64,000 bases of DNA from an uncultured Acidobacteriota bacterium (GTDB lineage Bacteria; Acidobacteriota; UBA6911; RPQK01; JAPXNP01): assembly GCA_963777605.1 (NCBI GenBank), contig CAVZRV010000010.1, forward strand, positions 448,001-512,000. The letters run 5' to 3'. The translations under genes were made by a program, and so were the position numbers. Shown here one piece after another: positions 19,244 to 29,692 of the stretch; position 1 is the stretch's first letter, and each line of letters begins with the position of its first letter. The notes beneath the pieces were generated by a model. That model did no database searches and was not told the origin of the DNA. It worked only from the letters and a program-made list of their open reading frames with translations.

Positions 19244-20740
19244 TCAGGGACCGGTCACAGCCGAAACCGGCAGTGAGGTGAAGATCCCCGCCTTGGTCTG
19301 GTCCAACTCCAGGGCGATCGCCGAAAACGCCCCATCACTCGACGTGATGAGCAGCGTCCCGACAAAGCCAGTCAAGTCCGCATCCGAAAAGGACTCGTCG
19401 ATGAACTCCGCTACCCTGCCGTTGGCAGGAATCCGGATTTCAGCCACGGTCGAAGACGGCCCCACATTCCCAGGATTCGTGCCGGCTTCACTACGCAATT
19501 CAAGGCCGACCGTGATGGGATGGGTCTCGTCATTCCGAATGGCAACCGCCGTCCGGACGCCGCCTTCCTTGCGAACCGGGACGATGGCCCGGGACATCGG
19601 GACGGAAGAACCAAAACCGGCAATGCCGATGCCCGGAATCGAGAAACGGATCACGCCGGAAACCGGCCGATCGGAGATCACTTCAGCCGACCCGAGCAGA
19701 ATATCGCCCACGCCGTCGGTATCGAGAGTCAAACTACCGAGAGGGTCAAGGCTGAAATCAACCTGGGCAACCGGAGTACCCGGAGTGACGACTCCACTCC
19801 CCCCAGCCAGACCGACCGGAAGCGGAAGCCCGTCCATGTCGCGGAAATAGACCGTTCCCGAAGTCGCCGTTGTCGTCGAAGTGTTCACCAGGACAATCGA
19901 CGACGTAAAACCGTCCGTCTCCGCCGTTCCCCCACCGTTTCCGAACTGCGGGAAATAGAGTGCAAGGGCCGGGCGCGGAATCTGGCCACGAATCTCTCCA
20001 TCCGGATTGGTGGTCGAATGCACGTTCACATAAAGGTTCCGCCACCAGAGGCCGTCGAGAAAACTCTGGTAATCACTGGGGTCGCCAAAATCGGCCGCGG
20101 TGACCTCGGCAAAAATGGTCGTCGAGGCATCCAGGGTGTAGACAGGAGCGCCTGTCGCACCGGCGACGCCGGCATGAATATGGGCTCCCGAAATGTTGGC
20201 TACGTCATCGGTACAGGCAAGCGCAAATGCAGTCCTCAGAGGATTCAGGGACCCCATGCAGGCGCCGGTTGAATCGGTGGTGACCGGTGGAACTTCCTGG
20301 CTTCCCTCCAGATCGAAATAGACACCCGAATCAGCTTCGGGTCCGATCTGCCCCCGGATCTCTCCGCCGGGATAGGTGGCGGAATGGATATTCACGTACA
20401 AAAGACCGGCAAAAAGATCACTCACGTTGGCAGCCGTTACCGCAAAGATGCCCTTCATCGGGGACGCAGCGGAGTCAAACGCCAAAATCGGGGCCCCGAT
20501 CTCGTCCGCGGCTCCCTTGTGAATATGAGCTTCCGTCGCGCCGACCACATCATGGCCGCAGATGACCGTCAACTGGGTCTGCGACTCATTCAAATAAGCC
20601 AGGCACTTTCCAACCGAAGTGGAGTCATTGGCGGGAACCTGCTGAACCCCGTTCAAGGTGATATCAAACACCTGTCCATAGGCAGATCCTGTAAGTAAAA
20701 TCAGCCCGAAACACACAAAAAGGAATGTTTTATTTCTCAT
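19244..20740 (-). CDS. Exported protein with two CHRD domains and a C-terminal beta-rich domain
   Basis: Two copies of L.G.Q.VP..AHIH.G..LYVN[IV]HS...P.GEIRGQI, then LYFPQFGNGGG. GGAGG RBS before ATG 20740. Confidence 0.88.
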   Translation of the reverse strand: MRNKTFLFVCFGLILLTGSAYGQVFDITLNGVQQVPANDSTSVGKCLAYLNESQTQLTVICGHDVVGATEAHIHKGAADEIGAPILAFDSAASPMKGIFAVTAANVSDLFAGLLYVNIHSATYPGGEIRGQIGPEADSGVYFDLEGSQEVPPVTTDSTGACMGSLNPLRTAFALACTDDVANISGAHIHAGVAGATGAPVYTLDASTTIFAEVTAADFGDPSDYQSFLDGLWWRNLYVNVHSTTNPDGEIRGQIPRPALALYFPQFGNGGGTAETDGFTSSIVLVNTSTTTATSGTVYFRDMDGLPLPVGLAGGSGVVTPGTPVAQVDFSLDPLGSLTLDTDGVGDILLGSAEVISDRPVSGVIRFSIPGIGIAGFGSSVPMSRAIVPVRKEGGVRTAVAIRNDETHPITVGLELRSEAGTNPGNVGPSSTVAEIRIPANGRVAEFIDESFSDADLTGFVGTLLITSSDGAFSAIALELDQTKAGIFTSLPVSAVTGP

Positions 20741-20986
20741 CCTCGTCTCGCCTCCAAAACTTGATTCATCAAAGAGAATCATGACTACCCCAACCGATCG
20801 CCGCAGGTTCACCAACCGCTCTCGGATCCGTGTCAAACGGCAAGAGGCCAGGACCCTTTCCCCCAAAGACTTATCCAAACATTGTACCGAAACAGCGTGA
20901 AATAAACACGCTTCGGTCAAATTGACAATTTAAAAATGTCCGCTGTCACACTGAGCAGCCTTCCCCTGTCTGCTCTTCCGAGAAAC

Positions 20987-21028
20987 AAAAAAGGCGAACC
21001 CTGGGCCCCGGAGGCCTTGAGGTCCGCC
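20987..21028 (-). terminator. Intrinsic terminator after fba
   Basis: Minus strand GGCGGACC...GGTTCGCC stem followed by T6. Confidence 0.7.
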
Positions 21029-21047
21029 ACGATTCAAACAGGCCCGT

Positions 21048-21995
21048 TTAGGCAAAAAGCTTGCTCACATCGTCGAGTTGACCGGCACTACCGAGCTTCT
21101 CGTTCTTGTGCGCGATGAAGTTGGCGTATTCGGTCATGAAAATCTTTCCTGGCTTCCGGAGATCGAAGTTCTCAGGGTCGTCACGGAAGCTCTCGCGGTG
21201 GACCCGGCACCATACCAGACGGCCGTCGGTATCGATGTTGACCTTGGTCACACCCAGCTTCGCGGCGCGGCCGAATTGATCTTCGTCGACACCCTTGGCA
21301 CCCTTGAGCGTGCCGCCGGCGGCGTTGATGCGCTGGACTTCTTCCTGCGGCACCGAACTCGAACCGTGCATCACGAGGGGGAACCCATGGCATCGCTTCT
21401 GAATCTCCTCGAGAACCTCGAAATGAAGAGACTGGCTGCCGCTGAACTTGTAGGCGCCGTGGCTGGTGCCGATTGCGCAAGCCAGGCTGTCAACCTGGGT
21501 CCGCTCGATAAACTCGACCGCTTCTACCGGGTTCGTCAACATGGCGTCGGCTTCATCGACCTTGACGTGCTCTTCGACACCACCCAGCATCCCGAGTTCA
21601 GCTTCCACCACGAGGCCCTTGGCATGAGCCCGATCCACCACGCGCCTGGTGATCTCAATGTTCTTCTCAAAGGTCTCGTGGCTGGCGTCGATCATGACCG
21701 AGCTGTAAAACCCGCTGTCGATGCACTCGTAACAGGTCTCTTCGTCGCCGTGATCCAGGTGGACGGCAAAGATCGCCTCGGGGAACACCGTGTCCGCCGC
21801 CTGAATCAGGGCTTCCAGCATTACTTTGTTCGTGTAGGAGCGGGCGCCCTTCGAGATCTGAATGATGAAAGGGGCTTTACTGGAGATACATCCCCGGAAC
21901 AGGCCCATCGTCTGCTCAAGATTGTTAATGTTGTATGCACCTACCGCGTACTTGCCGTAGGCGTGTTTAAAAAGCTCTTTTGTCGTGACGATCAT
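21048..21995 (-). CDS. fba: Fructose-bisphosphate aldolase class II
   Basis: HLDHG, SSVMIDAS, EAELG, AIGTSHGAYK, VMHGSS, KVNIDTD. Confidence 0.96.
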   Translation of the reverse strand: MIVTTKELFKHAYGKYAVGAYNINNLEQTMGLFRGCISSKAPFIIQISKGARSYTNKVMLEALIQAADTVFPEAIFAVHLDHGDEETCYECIDSGFYSSVMIDASHETFEKNIEITRRVVDRAHAKGLVVEAELGMLGGVEEHVKVDEADAMLTNPVEAVEFIERTQVDSLACAIGTSHGAYKFSGSQSLHFEVLEEIQKRCHGFPLVMHGSSSVPQEEVQRINAAGGTLKGAKGVDEDQFGRAAKLGVTKVNIDTDGRLVWCRVHRESFRDDPENFDLRKPGKIFMTEYANFIAHKNEKLGSAGQLDDVSKLFA

Positions 21996-22234
21996 GGATC
22001 ACTCCTCATTTCTTGGATTCTGTCTCCCTGGACAATGCTCATCGAACAGGAGAATCAGGCTACGGGATAATCGAACGGGGAAAGGTTTCTGGACAGAATC
22101 GACGGTGAATCGGCTACCTCCTCCCGACTGAAACCTCCTGCTACTGTCGATGACACCCGAAAGTATACCACTGTGGGGCTAACCCGTTTCAAATCAATTC
22201 AGGAAAAGGGATTTCGGGAATCTGGAGTCCGCGC

Positions 22235-23362
22235 TCAACCGGTGCCAAACCCTTCTTTCTCGCGAAACTGTTTGCGGATCTCCGAAAGGTTTTGCCGTTT
22301 TCGGATGAAGGCATTGACAACGTCGGGATCGAAATGCCTCCCCGACGATTCGATTACGATCCGGGAGGCCTCATCCTCTTCCAGAGGCGGCTTGTAAGGC
22401 CGCCACGACGTCAGCGCGTCGAACACATCGGCAACGGCCACAATGCGACTCTCCAGTGAGATTGCCTTCCCCTTCAGGCCACGCGGATACCCCGTCCCAT
22501 CCCAGTGCTCATGATGCCCGAGCGCAATCGCGGAAGCCATCAGGAGAAGCGGGTTCCTGGTTTCCTCGCCCACGGAGAAGATGTCGAAAGAAAACAGCCC
22601 GGAGAAAGCCCATGCTTTCGGTTGCAGGGAGAGAATCTCGGCTCCCATCAGGCAGTGCTGCTCCATCAACTTGCGCTCCTGGGGGCTCAACCGGCCGTCC
22701 TTGAGCAGAATCGAGTCGGGGATTGCGAGCTTGCCGATATCGTGAAGCGGGCTCGTCATGAAGATCAGGTCTACGAAATCGCGGTCCATTCCGAGTTCCT
22801 CGGCGAGCATTCTGGAGATCAGAGCCACCCGGATAACGTGATTGCCTGTCTCGTCATCCCGGTACTCGGCCGCCTTGGCGAGGCGCCAGATTACTTCCCG
22901 CTGGGAAGCCTCCAGTTGACGCGTCCGCTCGTGGACCCGCCGGTCCAGGTCGATTACCTGGCTGGACAGCCGGTCCTGAAACTCCTTGAGCCGAAGGGAA
23001 CTCCGGATGCGGGCGAAGAGGTCCTCGCGGCTCACCGGCTTGTTGAGCAGATCGGTCGCCCCCAGGTCGAGGGCTTTGCGCTTGAGACCTCGATCGGAAT
23101 CCCCAGTCAGGATGATCACCGGTATCTGGCTCGTCTTTTTGGATGACCTGATCGCCGTCAACAGGTCGAAGCCGTCCTTGCCGGGCATGCGGATATCCAC
23201 GACCACCGTGTCAATCGAGTTTTGTCCAAGGCATGCCAGCGCGTCATCTACGCAGTCGCAGAAATGAGCGTCCCATAAGTGACCCTTCAGCATGCGGGAG
23301 AACAGGTCGAGGAGACTTCGGTCATCATCCACAAACAACAACCGTCCGGGGCTGTCAATCAT
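22235..23362 (-). CDS. Response regulator with HD-GYP c-di-GMP phosphodiesterase domain (RpfG-like)
   Basis: REC motifs (VDDD, DIRMP, KP) plus RDDETGNH, LHDIGK, HHEHWDGTGYP and VADVFDAL..RPYK. Confidence 0.93.
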   Translation of the reverse strand: MIDSPGRLLFVDDDRSLLDLFSRMLKGHLWDAHFCDCVDDALACLGQNSIDTVVVDIRMPGKDGFDLLTAIRSSKKTSQIPVIILTGDSDRGLKRKALDLGATDLLNKPVSREDLFARIRSSLRLKEFQDRLSSQVIDLDRRVHERTRQLEASQREVIWRLAKAAEYRDDETGNHVIRVALISRMLAEELGMDRDFVDLIFMTSPLHDIGKLAIPDSILLKDGRLSPQERKLMEQHCLMGAEILSLQPKAWAFSGLFSFDIFSVGEETRNPLLLMASAIALGHHEHWDGTGYPRGLKGKAISLESRIVAVADVFDALTSWRPYKPPLEEDEASRIVIESSGRHFDPDVVNAFIRKRQNLSEIRKQFREKEGFGTG

Positions 23363-23624
23363 GGCTGTCCCCTGTCTTAATGATCACCGGTCCCAGGCAC
23401 GTCAATGGGCGCATGGCAGGCCATAATAGCACCACTGGAGGTGACTGTTCAGGGGAGGATGGAGAAGAAAATCCTGTCATGTCGTACAATCCGAACTCCA
23501 CCGGAGAAAGTGCTTTGAACCGGCCCCAGCGCGGCACCTCTCAGCCGGGCAGCCGGCCTCGAAACATCTTCGTGTTGTGACAAAGAGAATAGCAGGGATC
23601 GAGCGTGAGTTGGACGGACAGCAG

Positions 23625-25397
23625 ATGACTGCAGCCAGAGGTCAATTCAATTCAAACGTGACAAGGGGCGCTGGAAGGCAACTCCGCGGCACAATCTCCG
23701 ACCTCCTCCGCCGCGGGATTCCCGGATCGTGGTCGGCGGTCCTGGTTCTGTTCGTCCTGCTGTGCCTGGCCAAGTGCTTCTACATCTCGGGATTCTCTAC
23801 CCCGTTCGTTTGGGGAGACAGCTACCTGTATGCCAACCGGGCCTACAACCTGGCCCGGGCCGGCAGTCCCACGATCGAGAACTTCTTCGGGCCAAGCTAT
23901 CCTCCCCTCTATTCGGTATTTCTGGCGCCGGCCTGGCTGGTCACCCGTGACCCCGAGGGCGCCCATCGGCTGATGCTTCTCATCAACATCGTGCTCAACA
24001 GCAGCCTGGTCTTTCCTCTTTTCCTCCTCGGACGAAAGTTCTTCGGAAGAAGAAACGGGTTGCTGATTCCGGCCGTCGCGCTCGGGGCAATCCTTCCGGC
24101 TGTCGCGGCCTACAGCTTCTCCATCATGGCCGAAAACCTCTACATCCCGCTACTGGCGTGGGTCATGGTGGTCCTGCTTCGCTATCTGGAAACACCCAGT
24201 CAGACCTGGGCACTGCTGCTGGGACTGGGAACTGGGGCGGTTGTCCTCACGAAGTCGTTCGGGCTCGTCATGGTCCCCGTACTGATTTTCGGGTTGGCCC
24301 TCGCCCCCGCGGATCCCCGACGAAAGCTCGTCTCTGCGGCCGCCTGTTTCGCCGGCCTGGCCGCGCCGATTCTGGCCTGGCAACTGCTGGCACCTCCAAC
24401 GCCTGCAGCGGTCGCATCCTACTCAGAGGACTACCGGCTCTTCGCTTACCTGGGTCAGATGGCCATCGTCTTTCGCGGATTCGGGTTGGTGGTTCGTTTT
24501 ATCGAACCGGCCGCTGGTCAGTTGTCCTATCTTATCCTCGGTTCCTTTCTGCTTCTCCCGACCGCCCTGATCGGAGAAGGCCCTGGTACGAGCGCTCTTC
24601 CACAGGAAACGGGCCGGAATCTCCGCTCGGCATTCGGAATCCTGATCGCGGCTTCGCTGGTTCTCAGCGTGCTCCACTCGATGGTCCAGTTCTCCTTTAA
24701 TCCTGCCCGTTACGCCCTTATGCCGCGTTACCTGGACCCTCTCATGCCTCTTATCGTGGCCCTCGGCGTCCCCGCCCTGGCTTCCTCCTCTCGATGGCCA
24801 AAGTTGACGGCAGCCGCAACCGGGGTACTGGGAGTCGCTGCCGCTATCACGATCCCTTGCGTCAGCTTCGGAGTGGTGGATCGGATGAGCCTCGGTTTCA
24901 TCACCTCCGCGAACCGCTACCTGGCCTGTCGCCCGGCCCTCATCCTGCTGGCCCTGTCGTGCATCGGAGGAATACTGGTTACCCGGCGACCCTTCTGGAG
25001 AGCGGCATTCCTCGCAGGCGTGGCCTGCGTCGCCATCTTCGGCACCTGGACGTCGATTCGCGCTGAACGGTCCCTCAGCCGGTACCATGAGCGCCAGGCG
25101 GCCTCAGCACGATGGGTCGCAGACCAGATCGAACCCGGGCACCGACTCGTTCTCGACCTGCGCAATCTCGACCCCTCGCAGCAGTCGGTCCGTTCGGAGA
25201 TCTGGAGACTCCTCTACGAGTGCCGGCCAGCTTCCGAGAAGAACCCCATGATCATCAACTCATCGCGGGGCGGTCTCATCCCCGAGACAACGGAGGATGT
25301 CTTCATCATCGGAGTCTCCTGCCTGCTCGAAGCCGGCGGAGACAACCTTGAATCCTGTCTTTACACAGGCCCCTTCGGTGATCGACCCGATCACTAA
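23625..25397 (+). CDS. Polytopic GT-C fold glycosyltransferase (ArnT/PMT-like)
   Basis: GDS..Y..AYN, YPPLYS.., IMAENL, LTK, RYL.PL and more than 10 TM segments. Start uncertain (23577-23658). Confidence 0.7.
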   Translation: MTAARGQFNSNVTRGAGRQLRGTISDLLRRGIPGSWSAVLVLFVLLCLAKCFYISGFSTPFVWGDSYLYANRAYNLARAGSPTIENFFGPSYPPLYSVFLAPAWLVTRDPEGAHRLMLLINIVLNSSLVFPLFLLGRKFFGRRNGLLIPAVALGAILPAVAAYSFSIMAENLYIPLLAWVMVVLLRYLETPSQTWALLLGLGTGAVVLTKSFGLVMVPVLIFGLALAPADPRRKLVSAAACFAGLAAPILAWQLLAPPTPAAVASYSEDYRLFAYLGQMAIVFRGFGLVVRFIEPAAGQLSYLILGSFLLLPTALIGEGPGTSALPQETGRNLRSAFGILIAASLVLSVLHSMVQFSFNPARYALMPRYLDPLMPLIVALGVPALASSSRWPKLTAAATGVLGVAAAITIPCVSFGVVDRMSLGFITSANRYLACRPALILLALSCIGGILVTRRPFWRAAFLAGVACVAIFGTWTSIRAERSLSRYHERQAASARWVADQIEPGHRLVLDLRNLDPSQQSVRSEIWRLLYECRPASEKNPMIINSSRGGLIPETTEDVFIIGVSCLLEAGGDNLESCLYTGPFGDRPDH

Positions 25398-25398
25398 A

Positions 25399-26898
25399 TC
25401 ACTGTCCCTTCGCAGTTCGGACGTTCTCGTATTCGTCGCCGGGGGTCCACCGGGGCGCCTCACGATCATCCGCGATATACCGTGAAGCCAGGGCAAACGC
25501 CTGAGAGTAATGCAGCAGGTAGTCGAAATCGAAGTTGTCGTCGGCCTGATCGGCCGGCTGATGATAGAACCGTCGAATAGCGGCTCCAAAGACCCGGAAA
25601 CCCGGACTGAATGTCGGCGCCGGAATCCCTTTCCGGGCAAACGGGAGATTGTCCGACTGGTTGAAGAAGTGCTGGAGTTCCTCGCCGCCCGGGATCGCTT
25701 CGAGGCCAAACTCCCTACAGGCCCGGCGGATCTGTTTTCCCTCGCTGGTTCGATCGAGCCCCAGCACAGTCACGAGAGAAGTGTCCTCGTAGCCTCCGCC
25801 ATCGGCGTTGAGGACGAAGACGGTGTCGTCGAGCGGGATGAGGGGGTGCTCGACGTAGAATCGGCTGCCGAGAAGACCCAACTCTTCACCGTTCAGGGCA
25901 ATGAGGACGACTGACCGCGCCGGGTGGAGTTTCCCCAAGGTCTCGGCAGCGGTCAGCAGGGCAACCGTGCCCATCCCGTTGTCCCGGGCACCGTTGAAGA
26001 TCTGGTCCTCGTCGGTCGCGCCCGGCAAGTCACGGCCACTCCCGAGATGATCGAAGTGCGCCGTCAGTGCCACCCACTGCTTCTTGAGGACCGGGTCCCG
26101 ACCTTCCAGGATTCCGGCGACGTTTTCCGTCTTGACGGTCTCCCGTTGCCTTTTCGACAATACCACCCGGACTTCGACACCTGATCCAGCTTCGATCGTC
26201 TTCAACAGTTCCCCGCCACTGTCTTTCACGAGCAGGTGCGCGACCTCGGGCCTGCCCTTGCTGGACTCTGTGTTCCCGGAGACCAACTGCATCTGCGCCC
26301 GACCGCCGAAGCGGCGGAACATCTCCCACTGGTCGCCGGAATAAAGCTCCAGGATTGCCGCCGCACCCCGCTCCGACAACAGCTTCTCCTTCTCGCGCAT
26401 GGCCCGATAGCCGTTGCCATCCTGACCGTCACCGTAGCGAACCACCGCGACTTTCCCGGCCAGGTCGCGAGGCTGTGCACCCCCGGGCGTTTCCAGTCCG
26501 TATCCTGCGTCTACTGCCTCGGAGCTGAGGTCAACACCGCCGCCCGAAAGAAGGAGAAAGTCCTCGAGACGCTTTCCTGCAACCGACAGATCCTGCTCCT
26601 TGGGAGGCCAGATCTTTTCCATCGTGAACGGTTGCATGAAGTCAGTCGCGGAAGGCACCGGGGATGCTCCATTAAGCCGAAACTGTTCGGCGATGTACCG
26701 CGCAGCAGCCTGATTTCCAGGAGTCCCGGCAGCACGTCCCTGCAACTCATCGGATGCCAGAAATCGAACCTGTGCCTCGACTTGGGCCCGGGTCACGCCG
26801 AACACCGGCAGGTCACGAGAAGGGTCACGAAACCCGGACTGGGAAACCAGTACGCTCCCCAACAGGACGGCACCAGCAAGCAAGCCACGATATCTCAT
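25399..26898 (-). CDS. Exported M28 peptidase with PA domain
   Basis: LASDELQGR, AHFDHLG, NGARDNGMG, GEELGLLGS, SDN.PF, YHQPAD. Confidence 0.92.
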   Translation of the reverse strand: MRYRGLLAGAVLLGSVLVSQSGFRDPSRDLPVFGVTRAQVEAQVRFLASDELQGRAAGTPGNQAAARYIAEQFRLNGASPVPSATDFMQPFTMEKIWPPKEQDLSVAGKRLEDFLLLSGGGVDLSSEAVDAGYGLETPGGAQPRDLAGKVAVVRYGDGQDGNGYRAMREKEKLLSERGAAAILELYSGDQWEMFRRFGGRAQMQLVSGNTESSKGRPEVAHLLVKDSGGELLKTIEAGSGVEVRVVLSKRQRETVKTENVAGILEGRDPVLKKQWVALTAHFDHLGSGRDLPGATDEDQIFNGARDNGMGTVALLTAAETLGKLHPARSVVLIALNGEELGLLGSRFYVEHPLIPLDDTVFVLNADGGGYEDTSLVTVLGLDRTSEGKQIRRACREFGLEAIPGGEELQHFFNQSDNLPFARKGIPAPTFSPGFRVFGAAIRRFYHQPADQADDNFDFDYLLHYSQAFALASRYIADDREAPRWTPGDEYENVRTAKGQ

Positions 26899-26905
26899 CG
26901 GGTGA

Positions 26906-29479
26906 TTATCGCAAACCCTGCGAAGATCGGAAGAGCTTGTCGGCCGACTGGAGAACTTTGAGCCGCAGTCGCTGCGGCAGATCCGGGTTGCCCTCCAGGT
27001 AATTCTCAACCGCCTCCGCCAGTTTCCCGGAGGACTTCCCCCAGAGCAGTGAATCCAGCCACCGTTTGGGGAAGAAGATGGAACCTTTCCGCTCTGCCTC
27101 CGGAAGCAATTCGAGGCCGGCTGCTGCGTTGGCAACTCCCTCTTCGCCGCGCAGCGGGTGGGTCAACAATTGCACCGATTTCAAAGCCCAGGTCTCCCGA
27201 ACGCTGCCGATCGACTCGAGAATCGACCGGAAGAAAGCTTCGCGCTCCGATGCTTCCGATGCAACCGCCGTCCGCACGAACTCGAATTCTTTGACTCGTT
27301 CGGGGTTGTTGATGTTGGACGCCTGGCTGTCGAGAACTTCCCTCGCCTGAGCTCCATCCAACCGGAGGGCGAGCGCGTAAGCCAGGTCGGTACGATCGTC
27401 CACTCCCAACTGGAGGCCCGAAATCTCGGTTGTTCGATTCCAGATATCGATCAACCGCTTCACACTGTCTCGAGAAATTGCGACGGACTGCAGTGTCTTC
27501 AGGTAAGCCTTCTTCGCTCCCGCGGCCGGAGAATTGAGCAGGCCGTTCCAGAGCATCGCCTCCATTCGAGATACCGCATCCTGGTCCCGGCGATCGCCGT
27601 AGAGCCAGAATCCCTCTCTCAGCAGTCCGAGCAGGAACTCGCACAAGAGTTCGTCAGGCTCCCGGGGAACCTGGGCAACCAGGGCAAGGTTGTAGCGCTT
27701 CCCCTCGAGCCGGCCTTCGAGCACCTCATCCCAGATCGACAACCAGGCCTGGGCCCGGGCCGCCGGGCTTGCGAGCTGCCCGACCTGGTCAAGCAGAAGC
27801 CGGATCGAGTCCGAGTCGAGGCGGAAGTAGGCATAGCCGGCGGGGCTGATGTTCGGCAGCCGCAGTGCACCGGTCGGGTCACCCAACGCCAGATCCACGG
27901 ACACGGCGGAGCTCTCCAGAAAAACCGGGGCCCGCGATACGGCCCCGTTTTCGACGACGGCCGCGGTAATCCACTGCGGCCAGAGCCGGCCTTTGTTCGC
28001 CGGGTCCTTCTGGGTGAGCTGAAGCCCGAGGTCAGTCGCGGACGCCCGGCCCAGTTCCACCGTGGGGCGGCCCGCCTCATCGACCCACACCCCGCTCCAC
28101 TCCGCCAGGTTGCGGTCGGTCAGGCCGTCCAGGATTGAAACCAGGTCGTTCCAGTCGGCGTTGCCATTGCGGAAGCGCTCGAGGTATTGCCCGAGCCCGG
28201 TTCGGAGTGCCTCTTCGCCGATGATCTCCTCGAGCTGGCGCATCACCACCGGGGCTTTCTGATAGATGATCGCTCCATAGAGACTTGCGGCATACTTGAG
28301 GTTGTCCAACTGCTGACGGATAGGATGGGTTCCCCGACTGCGGTCCACGTCATAGGCTGCAGGCTGGTGGTCGAGCACGAAGCGGAGGTCGTGGTCGATC
28401 TCGGGGAACGACGGATCGACAATCTTCGCGGCCATGAAATTGGCGAAGACCTCCTTCATCCACACGTCGTTGAACCAGCGCATCGTCACGAGGTTCCCAA
28501 ACCACATGTGGGAAGTTTCGTGGGCGATCAGATGGGCCCGACCCAGTTCCTGCGTCTTGGTTGCCGAAGGCTCCAGCAGAAGGGACGAATCACGGTAGTA
28601 AATCGCACCAGGATGCTCCATTCCCCCAAACTGGAATGAGGGCACGAGGACAAAATCGAACTTCTGGTAGGGATACGGAATTCCAGTGTAGCTCTCCAGC
28701 CAACCCAGGGCCTGTTCATGCAGGCTCATGACGGCATCGATGTTGCGATCCACCTTTGCCTGGTCGGTTTCCCTGTGGAAAACCCGCACCACCCGCTCTC
28801 CCAAATTCCGCTCGACAACCTGGAAACGTCCCGCCGCAAAAGCGAACTGGTAGGTGCTCAGCGGATCGGTCTCGGCGAAACGGGTGGTTTTCCGCTCTCC
28901 CACGAGCATCGACCCGAGGTCCTTGCCATTTGACACCGAGGTCCAGCCCTCGGGCATGCTCAGGATGAGGCGAAACCGGGCCTTGAGGTCGGGCTGATCA
29001 AAACAGGGGAACGCGGTCGATGCGCGATCCGGAACGAACAGCGAGTACAGGTATTCGTCCCGCCGGTTCAACGCGAGGTCGGAGGGTTGGAAACTGAACT
29101 CGAAGCTGTTGGTTCCTTCGCTGAGAACGTCCGCCGGCAAAACGATTCGCCCCCGCGTGAACTGATGCGCCACCGGCCGGGCCTTCGAGGTCACCGCCTG
29201 GAGGTGATCTGCCGGGGCCTGGAAATCCAGCCCCAGCGGTTGGGTGGCGTCCAAGAGTTGGAAACGGATCGTCAGGCTTCCGCCCAACGGTTCCCCGGGC
29301 TGATCAGGAATCCGGAAGGTCAGCCCGTAGACGATATCGGAGACTCTGGTGACCCTTTCAGCAGCCAGCGCACGGGTGACCCCGTCGTAGGGATCGAGAT
29401 CCCGCTTCTCGTTCGCGCAACCCCAGGACCAGATCATGGAGAAGAGACAGAACACACCAACACCTGCTCGTTTCAGCAT
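26906..29479 (-). CDS. pepN: M1 aminopeptidase N, probable lipoprotein
   Basis: FPCFDQPDLKA, GGMEH, HETSH-X18-E, IYQKA. N-terminal WSWGC lipobox-like motif. Confidence 0.92.
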   Translation of the reverse strand: MLKRAGVGVFCLFSMIWSWGCANEKRDLDPYDGVTRALAAERVTRVSDIVYGLTFRIPDQPGEPLGGSLTIRFQLLDATQPLGLDFQAPADHLQAVTSKARPVAHQFTRGRIVLPADVLSEGTNSFEFSFQPSDLALNRRDEYLYSLFVPDRASTAFPCFDQPDLKARFRLILSMPEGWTSVSNGKDLGSMLVGERKTTRFAETDPLSTYQFAFAAGRFQVVERNLGERVVRVFHRETDQAKVDRNIDAVMSLHEQALGWLESYTGIPYPYQKFDFVLVPSFQFGGMEHPGAIYYRDSSLLLEPSATKTQELGRAHLIAHETSHMWFGNLVTMRWFNDVWMKEVFANFMAAKIVDPSFPEIDHDLRFVLDHQPAAYDVDRSRGTHPIRQQLDNLKYAASLYGAIIYQKAPVVMRQLEEIIGEEALRTGLGQYLERFRNGNADWNDLVSILDGLTDRNLAEWSGVWVDEAGRPTVELGRASATDLGLQLTQKDPANKGRLWPQWITAAVVENGAVSRAPVFLESSAVSVDLALGDPTGALRLPNISPAGYAYFRLDSDSIRLLLDQVGQLASPAARAQAWLSIWDEVLEGRLEGKRYNLALVAQVPREPDELLCEFLLGLLREGFWLYGDRRDQDAVSRMEAMLWNGLLNSPAAGAKKAYLKTLQSVAISRDSVKRLIDIWNRTTEISGLQLGVDDRTDLAYALALRLDGAQAREVLDSQASNINNPERVKEFEFVRTAVASEASEREAFFRSILESIGSVRETWALKSVQLLTHPLRGEEGVANAAAGLELLPEAERKGSIFFPKRWLDSLLWGKSSGKLAEAVENYLEGNPDLPQRLRLKVLQSADKLFRSSQGLR

Positions 29480-29521
29480 CGTTGGTCAGGACTTTAGGCA
29501 GTCGGAGCCCAGCGAGTCAAG

Positions 29522-29692
29522 TCAGCGATCGACCTTCATCCAGAACGGCGCACTCGAAAACCAGAGGATCATTCCAACCAGCATGAACTGGGAGTGCATC
29601 TCCCACGTCATCTGTCCGTTGAGAACCAGGAAGGCCGGCACGGCCGTCAATAACAGGCCCAAAACCGAGACAACCTTGAGAAGGTTCTTCAT
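29522..29692 (-). CDS. Small two-TM protein (56 aa) coupled to the permease
   Basis: MKNLLKVVSVLGLLLTAVPAFLVL..MLVGMILWFSSAPFWM. ATGA overlap with the permease stop and GGAGG RBS. Confidence 0.8.
   Translation of the reverse strand: MKNLLKVVSVLGLLLTAVPAFLVLNGQMTWEMHSQFMLVGMILWFSSAPFWMKVDR

Noticed and set aside
20761-20772. FNR box
   Set aside because: TTGAT and ATCAA are spaced by 2 nt, not 4.
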